DNA of 64,000 bases from an uncultured bacterium (GCA_964612295.1 CAZTDY010000005.1:70666-134665); one strand, 5' to 3'. Shown: positions 29,009 through 38,717, numbered from the stretch's first letter. Program-made: numbers and translations. The notes: generated by a model not told the origin, from the sequence alone.

Positions 29009-30130
29009 ATGGAAATCGATAGCACTGTTGACCTGTCGGCCGTTGAAGACGCCAAGCAATACCTGCTCGATAACGCCAGCGCCCTGGGATCGGTCTTCTC
29101 CGACTACTGGGCCGAGAAGCGCAAGCGTTGGGGAGAGGTGGCCCCCATCGTGGCCGGGGCCGCCGATGCGTACGACCTTCTCACCAGCGATGGAAAGAAG
29201 ATCCGGGCCAGCCTGGTCAAATTGGGATACGACGCCTGCCGCCATCCGGACTCACCTACACCCGAGTCCACCGACGGACTGCTCCGCGCGGCCGGCAGCG
29301 TGGAGATTCTGCACAACGCGTTTCTCATTCACGATGACATCGTCGACAACAGCAGCTTGAGGCGCAATGCGCCCACCGTCCACTGCCGCTACGCCAAGGC
29401 CTCGCGCGATCGATTCGACTCGGAAGCGGAGGCACTCGAGTACGGCAAGGCGGTGGCCCTCAACTTCGGAGACAAGGGCCAGGCTCTCGCCCAGGACCTC
29501 CTCATCTCATCCGGGTTTCCGGAGGAGATCCTCTTGCGCGGGGTCAATCTGCTCAGCGAGGTGACCATCGAGACGGTGATGGGCCAGCTGCTCGACGTGG
29601 AAGACGTTCGGCTCGACGAGCTGAGCGAGGACCTGGTCCTGCGGATCCACCGGTTCAAGACCGCCCACTACACCATCATGTTGCCCTTGCTGCTGGGAGC
29701 CACCCTGGCCGACGCCTCGCCTTCGGTGCTGGATCACATCCGGCGCTACGCGGTCCCGATCGGGATCGCCTTCCAGATTCAGGACGACATTCTGGGTCTG
29801 TTCGGCGACGAGACCGAGCTCGGCAAACCCGTGGACTCGGACATCCGGGAAGCCAAGAAGACCCTGCTGTTCGTACACGCCTTCGAGACCGCCGGGGAGG
29901 AAGATCGCGCGTTCCTGCTTCAGGCCCACGGAAACCCCGATCTGCCGGCCGGAGACGTGGATCGCGTCCGCCAGATCGTCCAGGGCGGCGGGGCCCTGCA
30001 GCGATCCGAGGAGATCGGGTGGAGGCATGTGCAGGAGGGAAAGGTCTATATCAAAGGGATTACGGACGATGCACAATGGCGTCGGAAGCTGGGCGGACTG
30101 GCCGACTACTTCATTGTGCGCCGCTACTAG
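29009..30130 (+). CDS. Polyprenyl (geranylgeranyl/farnesyl-type trans) diphosphate synthase
   Basis: First aspartate-rich motif LIHDDIVDNSSLRRNAPT and second FQIQDDILGLFGDE…GKPVDSDIREAKKTLL. Confidence 0.85.
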   Translation: MEIDSTVDLSAVEDAKQYLLDNASALGSVFSDYWAEKRKRWGEVAPIVAGAADAYDLLTSDGKKIRASLVKLGYDACRHPDSPTPESTDGLLRAAGSVEILHNAFLIHDDIVDNSSLRRNAPTVHCRYAKASRDRFDSEAEALEYGKAVALNFGDKGQALAQDLLISSGFPEEILLRGVNLLSEVTIETVMGQLLDVEDVRLDELSEDLVLRIHRFKTAHYTIMLPLLLGATLADASPSVLDHIRRYAVPIGIAFQIQDDILGLFGDETELGKPVDSDIREAKKTLLFVHAFETAGEEDRAFLLQAHGNPDLPAGDVDRVRQIVQGGGALQRSEEIGWRHVQEGKVYIKGITDDAQWRRKLGGLADYFIVRRY

Positions 30131-30663
30131 CCTGGCCGGCACGCCTCGAATCGATTGACCGCCCGGGTGTGGTAGTATTAGGTTGTTCTGTTCATACAAG
30201 AGTGATGCGCGCGCTTTGCGCGCATGACACGCAGGGGACAAGCCGTGGCCAATCGGTGCCGCATCGAACGGGCACCATTCGTCAGCCCCCCATCCAGGGA
30301 TCTATGTAGACGCCCCCTCCGGCCAGAGCCGTGGTATGCAGGTGCGAGCGTCCGTCGATCCCCCTGCGGGACATCAGGGTTCCGCGAGAGAAGAAAAGTT
30401 TTCACCGCGCGCCACCGGGCGTCGACGAACACAAGAGGCCCCGCAGATGATGCGGAAGAGCGTTTCCCGGCCGCAGACAGGCCGAGCGGAAGCGAAGAGG
30501 CCCTCGTCGACCAACCGCAGATTCTAGGCGGTCCCGAATGGTGGGCGGACCCGGAGCGTGATTCGGAATCGCGCGAGAACTGGGGGCGATTGGGGGCGGG
30601 GGCGCTCCCACAGAGAACGGGCCACCGCAATTCCTCTGCAACCGCAGAGGAGTACGTACATAC

Positions 30664-32046
30664 ATGAGAAATATCTTCATGGGGGTTGCCGTCCTCTCGG
30701 CGGCAATCGAAGCCCTCGCTGGGTTATCGCTGGCGGTACCGTCGGTTGCGAGGGCTATCTGGGGCCGGTTCCCCGAGCCGCTGGGGGGTGCCCTGCTGGC
30801 GCCCGAACCCCAGGCTTTCTGCTTCCGCCTGTTCCTGGCAGCCGGCTTCTTGCTGGCCGCGGTACTGCAACTGATGGCTCTCCGGTGGTTTATCGACGAC
30901 CGCGAGGAGGGCCACACGGTCTTCAACATCTATGGCGGCTTCCTCATTCTCGCTGGAGCCTGCCTCTTCTTCTCCGCCGGCGCGGCCGGCGTGGCCTGGG
31001 CATTCGTCCTGGGTGATGTTCTGCGCGGCGTGCTTCTCCTGACGCTGTCTCTGGTCGTGCTGCACAGCCCGGAAACGCTCAGCGAGCTTCGTCTGCCGCC
31101 CGATCGAGCGGGCGCGAGGCGTGGAACCGCGCGCCGCAGCGGCGGGCGATCGCGTTCTGGCGAGCGGCGCTCGGGGGAGAGGCGGCCCCGAGGTGGGTCC
31201 TCGAGAAGGGGTGATCGGGATCGACCGCGACCCTCATCGGGACGTTCACGTGGGGGCCGACGGAGCGAGAGTCCGGCGGCGAGAGATCGCGATGGATCGG
31301 ACGGCGGGTCGGAGCGCCGCCGGCGACCCCGCCGGGGACGACGCCCCAGACGGAGCGAACCGGCTGCCTCCGGAGCGGGGGACGTCCAAGCGCGGGCAGC
31401 GTCTGCCCTAACCTCTAGCGGACGTGCCGGTTCGGAACGATCACGGGATTCGGAACCTCGGAGAGAGGATAGTTCGGAACGTCGTGAGAGGTCCCGTAGG
31501 TCGCGTGGGCGCCGGGAGCGTCCGCGAGGTGGAGACGATCGCGGCCCTCGGCGTGATCGGCCCCGCGATGAGGAATCACGGTCCACCCGGCGCGGGCCGT
31601 CCCGCGACAGAGATGAACGCGCCCCGCGGCGTGAACGAACGCGAGACCGCGATGAGCGTTCCGCGCGACGTGAGCCGGCGCGAGACCGCGAGGAGCGCTC
31701 TCGTGACCGATCGGCCGATTCAGGTCCGGCCTCTGAGCAGACCGAACGGGCGTCCCGGAGCAGTGTTCGACCGCCCTGGCGGAGTACGGGAGACGAGTCC
31801 CCGCGGCCTTCGAAGACGTCGGGCAAGCAGGGCGGATCCGACGATGACAACGGCGAGGGCGACAACGGCGTCATGGAGTCGCGGGTCGAGATGGGCCGCA
31901 AGCCTCGCCGAGGCCGGTCCTCCACGGGTGCCTCGTTCCGACCGCGCCCCAAGCGTGTGCGCCGGCCGCTCTGGGGTGACGCTGGGGAAGAACCCCGCCG
32001 GGACAAGAAGCGCTCCTCTGAGGAATCCGACGACTCCGGCGAGTAG
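30664..32046 (+). CDS. Membrane protein (4 TM) with ~330-aa Arg/Ser/Asp/Glu-rich intrinsically disordered C-terminal tail
   Basis: GAGGAG RBS 8 nt before the ATG. The N-terminal 140 aa form 4 predicted TM helices. The tail is RSRSGERRSGERRPRGG…RDRDERSARREPARDREERSRDRS… The antisense ORF 30930..32141 shares wobble positions, so the strand call rests on the RBS and TM domain. Confidence 0.45.
   Translation: MRNIFMGVAVLSAAIEALAGLSLAVPSVARAIWGRFPEPLGGALLAPEPQAFCFRLFLAAGFLLAAVLQLMALRWFIDDREEGHTVFNIYGGFLILAGACLFFSAGAAGVAWAFVLGDVLRGVLLLTLSLVVLHSPETLSELRLPPDRAGARRGTARRSGGRSRSGERRSGERRPRGGSSRRGDRDRPRPSSGRSRGGRRSESPAARDRDGSDGGSERRRRPRRGRRPRRSEPAASGAGDVQARAASALTSSGRAGSERSRDSEPRREDSSERRERSRRSRGRRERPRGGDDRGPRRDRPRDEESRSTRRGPSRDRDERAPRRERTRDRDERSARREPARDREERSRDRSADSGPASEQTERASRSSVRPPWRSTGDESPRPSKTSGKQGGSDDDNGEGDNGVMESRVEMGRKPRRGRSSTGASFRPRPKRVRRPLWGDAGEEPRRDKKRSSEESDDSGE
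31100..32040. repeat. Low-complexity GC-rich coding repeat region (RS/RD/RE dipeptide-encoding)
   Basis: Reiterated cgg/cga/gat/gag/tcg units keep both strands open for more than 900 nt. Confidence 0.6.
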
Positions 32047-32172
32047 CCATCGGCCACATCCTCTTTCTTTTGGCCCCCATCCCGGGCTCGGGTTGGGGGC
32101 CTTTTGATCTCTGCGACCTCGTGCGAATCCCGTCGGGACATTGTCCTTATCAGACAGATTAGTAGGACTTTC

Positions 32173-32202
32173 TTGACGTTTGTGTACCCCTGTAACTATG
32201 TT
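32173..32202 (+). promoter_or_regulatory. Sigma-70-like promoter (TTGACG-N18-TATGTT) in an AT-rich island upstream of the hydrogenase small-subunit remnant
   Basis: TTGACG at 32173-32178 and TATGTT at 32197-32202. The palindrome-like CACCGGTTTCCGGTA at ~32218-32232 between promoter and RBS is a possible operator. GGAGG RBS before the ATG at 32278. Confidence 0.45.
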
Positions 32203-32277
32203 TTTCCTGTTATGTCTTGGTGCACCGGTTTCCGGTACACATCAATTGTTTCATATCGAGCACATTTCGGAGGACCC

Positions 32278-32676
32278 ATGCAGATTGAGAAAATCCCCCA
32301 TGGCCTGCTGGAATCCGTGGTGAGCCGGGGGCTTGCCCGGCGGGACTTCTTGAAGATCTGTGCGACCACCGCCGCCACCTTCGGCCTCTCGCAGATGGAG
32401 GTGGTGCGCAACGTCGCCGAAGCCGTCGGAGGAGCGAAGACAAAGCCGCCGGTCATCTGGCTCGAGGGTCAGGACTGCGCCGGATGTAGTATCTCCTTCA
32501 CGGGCAATCTCAATCCGCCCGCGCTCGACATTATTCTCGATTCGATCTCCCTTCGTTATCACGAGACCGTGATGGTCGCCTCCGGATACCAATCCGAGGA
32601 TGCCTACCATCACACCGTGGAACAGGGCGGCTACGTTCTGGTGGTCGGCTGGGGCGCGACCTCGCGCACTTCCTGA
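32278..32676 (+). pseudogene. [NiFe]-hydrogenase small subunit, N-terminal fragment only (Tat signal + first Cys motif), truncated
   Basis: MQIEKIPHGLLESVVSRGLARRDFLKICATTAATFGLS has a twin-arginine signal. PVIWLEGQDCAGCSISF…ILDSISLRYHETVMVASGYQSE aligns with the HyaA/HoxK N-terminus (PVVWIHGLECTCCTESF…ILSLISLDYDDTLMAAAG). The ORF stops after ~133 aa. No frame continues the distal Fe-S cluster Cys domain, and no large subunit follows. Confidence 0.65.
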
Positions 32677-33098
32677 GCAATCCTCCGAGCTTGTGCCGTG
32701 ACGTAACTGCAAGAGTCATCATCAATTGCATGGATCTCGCTGGCCGTAGCCAGCGGACTACCAGTCCGCTGGCACGGGACAGGTGCAAACGGCGCACCCA
32801 TCTGCAGGGCAATTGGTTGACATCCGACCCCGGGGTCGAGTTTCGTCACTTACGGCCTCGCCGTGGCCGGCCGGCACGTATCAGTGCGTTCGACTCCTCG
32901 ACGGCTTCGATCCGGGCGATCTCCAGCTCACCCCCTGCGAGGCGGGCCGATGGAGTTATCGCCAACGAGAACACATCCTCCCTTCATGCTCAGCCCAGGG
33001 TGAATCTGGCCTCCCTTGCATCGCGCCATCCATTTGTGCAATAATCCAGCAATGGACTATTAGATTGGACCACTCCACGAGCCGGAAGGAAGCATCTC

Positions 33099-34400
33099 AT
33101 GACATCCCCACTCCTTGGACTCATCGTGTTCGCCGCTCTCACCGGTCCGGCCCTGGCCGACTGGGCGCCCACGCAGCGGCTGACCGACAATCCCAGCGAG
33201 TCCTGGACGGCCTTCTGCAACGCCTGGTGTGTCGCGATCACCCCCGGTCCGGTCATTCATACGGTCTGGTGTGACGCCCGCGCCGGCAACTTCGAAATCT
33301 ACTACAAGCGCTCCATCGACAACGGTCTCTCGTGGAGCCCCGATACGCGGCTGACGACGGCGGCAGGGTCATCGATCTACCCATCGATCACCGCCTCTGG
33401 GAATGCGCTTCACGTGGTCTGGAACGAGGACCGCGACGGGAACGCCGAGATCTACTACAAGCAGTCCTTGGACGGCGGGGCGAACTGGTCGGAGGACATT
33501 CGTCTGACCGAGGAAACCAACCCATCGCACACGCCCACGGTCTGCGCCACCGGATCAAATGTACACGTGGCCTACCAGCTCGCGTACGGGAGCAACACGG
33601 AGATCTTCTATCTGCGTTCTCTCAACGAGGGCGCCACCTGGGGCGCGCCCCTGCGGCTGACCACCAACGCAGCCCACTCCGACATCCCTACGATTGCCGT
33701 CTCCGGGGAGCACGTTCACGTGGCCTGGTACGATACCCGCCAGGGTAACGACGAGATCTTCTACAAACGATCGGACGACAACGGCGACACGTGGACCGCC
33801 GACCTGAACATCTCGGTCAACTCCTCGGACTACTCTCGCTGGCCTTCTCTGGTGGTCTCCGGGGATGATGTGCACGTTGTCTGGGAACGGTGGTTCTACA
33901 CCTACAACATCTTTTACCGGCACTCGACCGACGGGGGCGTGACCTGGGAGTCGGTCGTCAACCTCTCGAACAACTCGGGCGACTCCTGGTATGCGTCCGC
34001 GGCATGTCTGGGATACGGGGTTCACGTCGTCTGGATGGACACCGTTCACGGCAACAAGGAAATCTACTACCGCAACAACCTCCCCGAGGCGGCCGCACTC
34101 GATGAACGCGTCCCTTCCGCCCAGCCAATTCAGATGCGGGCCGGGCCCAATCCATTCGGCGGGATGTTGGAGATCAACTGGGCGGTGCCTGCTTCAGAGG
34201 AGGGTCGTGTCCAGCTCAGGATCTTCGATCTCTCCGGACGACTGATTCATCAGGACGAACGTGACGCCGGAAGGGGTGCGGGACGCTTCGTCTGGCATCC
34301 AAAGGACGCTCCCGGGCAGGATTTGCCGGGAGGAATCTATTGGATTCGCCTGTCGCTTGATGAATACTCTGTCAGCCAGCCCGTGTTGCGGGTGAAGTAG
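33099..34400 (+). CDS. BNR/Asp-box repeat (sialidase-like beta-propeller) protein with T9SS-type C-terminal sorting domain
   Basis: Signal peptide. Repeated …YYKRSxDNGxxWS/…YKQSLDGGANWS/…RSLNEGATWG/…RSDDNGDTWT Asp-box motifs. The C-terminal ~85 aa, NPFGGMLEINWAVP…VQLRIFDLSGRLIHQ…GRFVWH…LPGGIYWIRLSLDEYSVSQPVLRVK, fit the Por/T9SS C-terminal domain pattern. Confidence 0.8.
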   Translation: MTSPLLGLIVFAALTGPALADWAPTQRLTDNPSESWTAFCNAWCVAITPGPVIHTVWCDARAGNFEIYYKRSIDNGLSWSPDTRLTTAAGSSIYPSITASGNALHVVWNEDRDGNAEIYYKQSLDGGANWSEDIRLTEETNPSHTPTVCATGSNVHVAYQLAYGSNTEIFYLRSLNEGATWGAPLRLTTNAAHSDIPTIAVSGEHVHVAWYDTRQGNDEIFYKRSDDNGDTWTADLNISVNSSDYSRWPSLVVSGDDVHVVWERWFYTYNIFYRHSTDGGVTWESVVNLSNNSGDSWYASAACLGYGVHVVWMDTVHGNKEIYYRNNLPEAAALDERVPSAQPIQMRAGPNPFGGMLEINWAVPASEEGRVQLRIFDLSGRLIHQDERDAGRGAGRFVWHPKDAPGQDLPGGIYWIRLSLDEYSVSQPVLRVK

Positions 34401-34431
34401 GTTGGGACCCTGAGACACGTCCGATGCGATC

Positions 34432-34977
34432 ATGACGAAACTAAGCAATGCAGAGTTCGTGTTGCTGCAGATCATCGCCGAAACTGCGGGCGTTTCCGGC
34501 TATGAGATCAACAAGGTCGTCTCGGTGCGCGGCTTTGGGGAGTGGGCCGGCATCGGCCGCAGTTCGTTGTACAATGGCCTGAAGAAACTGGCTGAGAGAG
34601 CACTGATCCGTTCCCATCTGGATCGCGACAAAGTGGGCAAAGGTCCCTTACCCACCGTGTACAGCCTGACCAGCAAGGGCAAGACCACGATTCGCAACGC
34701 GATGGTCGAAGCGCTTTCGGCAACGCGGGAACGTGACATCCGTTACGAACTCGCACTCACCGGTTTGCAGGTGCTGGATCCTGCCCTCGCCATCGATGCG
34801 CTCACCGAACGAATCGTCTTCCTCAAAGCAGAAGAGGCGAAGCTGAAAGCAGAGCACAAACGTTGCCGCCCCTGCCTGCCCTTGGGGGGCGAAGCGCTCT
34901 TCCGTCACATCTTCAGTTCGATCACGAGCGAGATCGAAAGCGTAGAGGACTTGATTCGCCTGCTCCGCACGTCCTGA
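34432..34977 (+). CDS. PadR-family transcriptional regulator
   Basis: Winged-helix region LLQIIAETAGVSGYEINKVV…GEWAGIGRSSLYNGLKKLAERALI…GKGPLPTVYSLTSKGK with a coiled-coil C-terminus. Confidence 0.7.
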   Translation: MTKLSNAEFVLLQIIAETAGVSGYEINKVVSVRGFGEWAGIGRSSLYNGLKKLAERALIRSHLDRDKVGKGPLPTVYSLTSKGKTTIRNAMVEALSATRERDIRYELALTGLQVLDPALAIDALTERIVFLKAEEAKLKAEHKRCRPCLPLGGEALFRHIFSSITSEIESVEDLIRLLRTS

Positions 34978-34982
34978 CCCGC

Positions 34983-37034
34983 CTACATTGCATCCGGGGC
35001 CTGAATTCCCAGCAGCGAAAGTCCCCGCCTGAGCGTCGCCGCAACGGCCAAACTCAAGTGCAGCCGCGCCCGGCACAGCTCCTCGGTGTCCGCCTTGAGC
35101 ACCGGGCAATTATGGTAGAAGCGCGCGTAGGCTTTCGTGAGCTCGAGCAGGTAACCGGCCAGCGGAGACGGGCTCAGTTGATCCGCCGCCTGGCGAATCG
35201 TACGTTCGAAGAAGACCAGCTCGAGTCCCAAGCGCTTTTCTTCCGGATGCACGAGGAGCGCCGGATCGACCGCTTCGGCCCGCAGTCCCACCGCCCGCGC
35301 GGCGGCGACATACTCCGGTGGGCCGGTGCGATGCAGCGTGCCGACCGGCTCACCGGCGGCCTTCACCGGGGATCCGGTGCCCAACTCCGCGAAGGGGTTG
35401 GGCAATTCGGTCTGAAGCAGATCTCCCTCGGTGATCTTCCCCTGCGCCAGCGCCTTGCGCACGATGCTGCAGATCCGCGCATGGCTGTACTGCACCGCGG
35501 GGCCGGTGTCGCCCTCGAAGTCGAGGGTGGCGTCCGGATCGAAGGTGATGTTCTTCTCGGCGCCGACCTGCAGCAGATACATCTTGAGGGCCCCCTGGCC
35601 GATGGCATCCGCCAGCGCATCCAGATCGACCTGCTCCTCGCTGACCATACCGCCGTCCGACGCCTTCTGCCGGGCGATGGCGGCCAGCTCGTCGAGCAGA
35701 TCGTCGGCGTCGGCCCGCCGACCCTCGCGCGACTTCAGTTTGCCCATCCCGTGGGGCAGGGTCACCAGGCCGTAGCTCAGGTGTAGGCATCCGTCCGCCC
35801 AGGGCAGCCCCAACTTCCGCAGGATGGTGAACAGCAACTTGAAGTGCAGGATCTGCTCGCTGCCGACCACGTAGATGGAACGGTCCATCCCGTAGTCCTC
35901 GAACTTGAGCACTGCGGTGCCGAGGTCCTGCGTGATGTAGACCGAGGTGCCGTCGGAGCGCAGCAGGATCTTGTCCTTCAGACCCTCATCCTCGAGCGGC
36001 GCCCACACGGACCCGTCCTCGTGCCGCGAGAAGCACCCATCCGCCAGGCCTCGCTCGACCAGTTGCTTGCCGAGCTTGTAGGTGTTGCTCTCGAAGTACC
36101 ACTTCTGGAAGTAGCAGCCGAGGCGGTGATAGGTCTCATCGAATCCCGTGTAGACCCAGCCGTTCATCGTGCGCCACAGTTCGCGCACCTCGGGGTCGTT
36201 GTCTTCCCATCGGCGCAGCAGCTCGCGGGCTTCCTGCCCGAGTGGGGTGGCATCTTCGAGTTTGTGCGCTGTGTCGGAGTCCACGGTCCTGGGGTCGAGT
36301 CCCTGCTGCTCGGCCAGCCGGTCGCGCTCGGTCGCGAGTTCCTGACTGAATCGGACGTAGTATTCGCCGACCAGATGGTCACCCTTTCGGCCTTCGGCCT
36401 CGGGCGTCCGGCCCTCGCCCCACTTCAGGTAGGCGACCATCGACTTCGCGATGTGAATGCCGCGGTCGTTGACCAGGTTGACCGGGATGACCTCCTCGCC
36501 GGCCGCGTTCAAGATGTTGCACAGGCTGAGCCCGAGAAGGTTGTTGCGGACATGGCCCAGGTGCAGCGGCTTGTTGGTATTGGGCGCCGAGTACTCGATC
36601 ATGGTCTTGCGGCCGTTAGGCGGCAGGGCGGCCCCGAAGGGAGCGGTGGCAGCAGAGATGCGATCACAGATCCAGCCCGCCAGCGACCCGCCGGCGAAAC
36701 TCACGTTCAGGTAGGGACCCGCGGCGGCGACCGTTTCGATCTGGGGGATGAGGCCGTCGGCCGCAGCCCGGCGGAGCCGATCCTCGGCGGCTTGCGCGAA
36801 TTCGCCGGCGATCTGGGGAGGCGCCTTGCGCAGGGCTTTCGCGAGCGGGAAACAGGCCAGGGCCACGTCGCCCATATCCGGCTTGGGTGGGCGCACGACC
36901 GATAGGGAAGAGTCAGGCCCAGCCAGACCCAGATCCTCCAGCGAGCGACCGGACCACTCTTCGAGCGCCTCGGTCAGCAATTCCTGGACGATAACGGCGA
37001 TATCCGTGCCCATTTGGGGCTTCTCATGCGTCAC
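34983..37034 (-). CDS. argS: Arginine--tRNA ligase
   Basis: Class I HIGH motif (PNTNKPLHLGHVRN), KMSKS-like GKLKSREG, and the DALR anticodon-binding C-terminus (…LLELTKAYARFYHNCPVL…). Confidence 0.9.
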   Translation of the reverse strand: MTHEKPQMGTDIAVIVQELLTEALEEWSGRSLEDLGLAGPDSSLSVVRPPKPDMGDVALACFPLAKALRKAPPQIAGEFAQAAEDRLRRAAADGLIPQIETVAAAGPYLNVSFAGGSLAGWICDRISAATAPFGAALPPNGRKTMIEYSAPNTNKPLHLGHVRNNLLGLSLCNILNAAGEEVIPVNLVNDRGIHIAKSMVAYLKWGEGRTPEAEGRKGDHLVGEYYVRFSQELATERDRLAEQQGLDPRTVDSDTAHKLEDATPLGQEARELLRRWEDNDPEVRELWRTMNGWVYTGFDETYHRLGCYFQKWYFESNTYKLGKQLVERGLADGCFSRHEDGSVWAPLEDEGLKDKILLRSDGTSVYITQDLGTAVLKFEDYGMDRSIYVVGSEQILHFKLLFTILRKLGLPWADGCLHLSYGLVTLPHGMGKLKSREGRRADADDLLDELAAIARQKASDGGMVSEEQVDLDALADAIGQGALKMYLLQVGAEKNITFDPDATLDFEGDTGPAVQYSHARICSIVRKALAQGKITEGDLLQTELPNPFAELGTGSPVKAAGEPVGTLHRTGPPEYVAAARAVGLRAEAVDPALLVHPEEKRLGLELVFFERTIRQAADQLSPSPLAGYLLELTKAYARFYHNCPVLKADTEELCRARLHLSLAVAATLRRGLSLLGIQAPDAM

Positions 37035-37233
37035 GCTTCTGACTCCCTCCCATCTCGTTCACCTCAAGCGGGCTCGATACTACCCCAGATCTTGGTCTCC
37101 GGCAGCGCCCGATTTCGCCCCTCCAGGCACTTGATTCGCGCCGCCCGTCCGGGTTCACTGTAACCTGCCCCCGGCGATTCCAGTAGTGAGGGGGAGGTAC
37201 ATCAATCGAGTCTTCGAGGTTTGAGGAGGTTTC

Positions 37234-38595
37234 ATGCGCCCATTCCACCGGACCGCTGGCCAGGGGGGCCGGCCCGCCCGCAACATTTCGACCCTGCTGC
37301 TGTTCGCCGTCCTGCTCCTGCAGGTGGGCGTGGTGCTGCTGACCGGATGCTCCCGCGCTCCGCGCATTCCACCCCTCACGGCCGAGGAGCACGCGCTGGC
37401 CCGGGAGTCCTTCGACCACGTCTGGACGACCATCCGCGACAAACACTGGGACCAGGAACTGGGGGGAGTGGACTGGGATTCGGCCCGCGTCGAACTCGAG
37501 TCCGAGCTGGAAGCCGCCGGCACCATGCCCGAGGCTCGCGCGGTCATGCGCCGCCTCATCGCCCGGCTCGGCCAGTCCCACTTCAACATCATCTCGCGCA
37601 ATGCCTACGATGATCTGCGCGGTCCGGACGTGAAGAACACCGACGGGGTCACCGGCCTGGATGTCCGTGTCTTGGGCGGCCGCGCGCTGGTGACCGGCGT
37701 GGATCCCGGCTCCGGGGCGGAAGAGGCGGGCGTGGGAGTCGGATGGGAGATCCTCCGCATTGGTGAACGCGACATTCCCGAACGCCTCAAGAAGGCGATG
37801 GAGGAGCTGGGCGAAAAGGCTTCGGCTCCTTACATGATTGCGATGTCGGTGGCGGCCCGCTTGCGAGGCGAACCGGGCGGCACGCTCGACGTTCGTTTCC
37901 TGACGGGCGAAGACAAGAAGGTGGATCTCGAAGTCCCTCTGCGTGATCCCCGCGGGAACAAGGTCAAGTTCGGCAACCTTCCCGCGACCTGGGTGTGGAT
38001 CGATACGCTGACCGTCGACGCCAATGTCGGATACACTAAGTTCAACTTCTTCTTCGATCCCATGAACGTGAACACGACCTTCAATGCAGCCATGGAATCC
38101 TGGATGGATGCCGAAGGCGTCATCATCGACCTCAGGGGGAACCCCGGGGGGATCGGGGTGATGGCCATGGGCATGTCGGGTTGGTTCATCGAGGAGAAGG
38201 GCCGGCGGCTGGGCACCATGTCCACCCGGATGAACGATGTGAAGTTCATCGTGACGCCGCGTCTTCAGACCTACGAGGGCCCGCTGGCGATCCTGATCGA
38301 CGGGCTCTCGGCCTCGACCAGCGAGATCATGGTCGGAGGGCTCAAGGATCTGGGGCGCGCGCGCGTGTTCGGCCAGCGATCCGCGGGGGCGGCTCTACCT
38401 TCGACCATCGAGCGGCTGCCCAACGGCGACGGCTTCCAATACGCGGTCGCGAACTACATTTCCGAGGGTGGGGAGGTCCTGGAAGGTCAAGGCGTGGTGC
38501 CGGATGTCGAGCTGATCCCGGATCGGGAAGGCCTCCTGGCGGGGCGCGATCCGGTCCTCGAGGCGGCCCTCGCCTGGATTCGAGAATCTGATTGA
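37234..38595 (+). CDS. S41-family serine peptidase (C-terminal processing protease-like), lipoprotein
   Basis: Lipobox LLTGCSR. A PDZ-like region and S41 catalytic motifs IIDLRGNPGG and LIDGLSASTSEIMVGGLKD. Confidence 0.8.
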   Translation: MRPFHRTAGQGGRPARNISTLLLFAVLLLQVGVVLLTGCSRAPRIPPLTAEEHALARESFDHVWTTIRDKHWDQELGGVDWDSARVELESELEAAGTMPEARAVMRRLIARLGQSHFNIISRNAYDDLRGPDVKNTDGVTGLDVRVLGGRALVTGVDPGSGAEEAGVGVGWEILRIGERDIPERLKKAMEELGEKASAPYMIAMSVAARLRGEPGGTLDVRFLTGEDKKVDLEVPLRDPRGNKVKFGNLPATWVWIDTLTVDANVGYTKFNFFFDPMNVNTTFNAAMESWMDAEGVIIDLRGNPGGIGVMAMGMSGWFIEEKGRRLGTMSTRMNDVKFIVTPRLQTYEGPLAILIDGLSASTSEIMVGGLKDLGRARVFGQRSAGAALPSTIERLPNGDGFQYAVANYISEGGEVLEGQGVVPDVELIPDREGLLAGRDPVLEAALAWIRESD

Positions 38596-38717
38596 CGGAG
38601 ACCGGATCCGGGCGTGAGAGTCACGCCGTTGCGCACGTTGCACAATCCACCCGACCGACGGGTGGACCCACATCGGAATTGATGATCTCGGCCGCGAGGC
38701 CGAATAAGGAGGCATTC

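Noticed and set aside
30930-32141. 403-aa RS-rich ORF on the minus strand opposite the RS-tail gene
   Set aside because: It shares wobble positions with the plus-strand ORF, so codon statistics cannot separate them. The plus strand was preferred because its frame continues seamlessly from a 4-TM domain with a GAGGAG RBS, whereas the minus ORF has no start context or domain. This remains uncertain and is flagged in findings.
32770-32787. TGGCACgggacAGGTGCA resembling a sigma-54 promoter downstream of the hydrogenase fragment
   Set aside because: The -12 GC is displaced by 2 nt from the canonical spacing, and there is no gene within 300 nt downstream. It is probably fortuitous.
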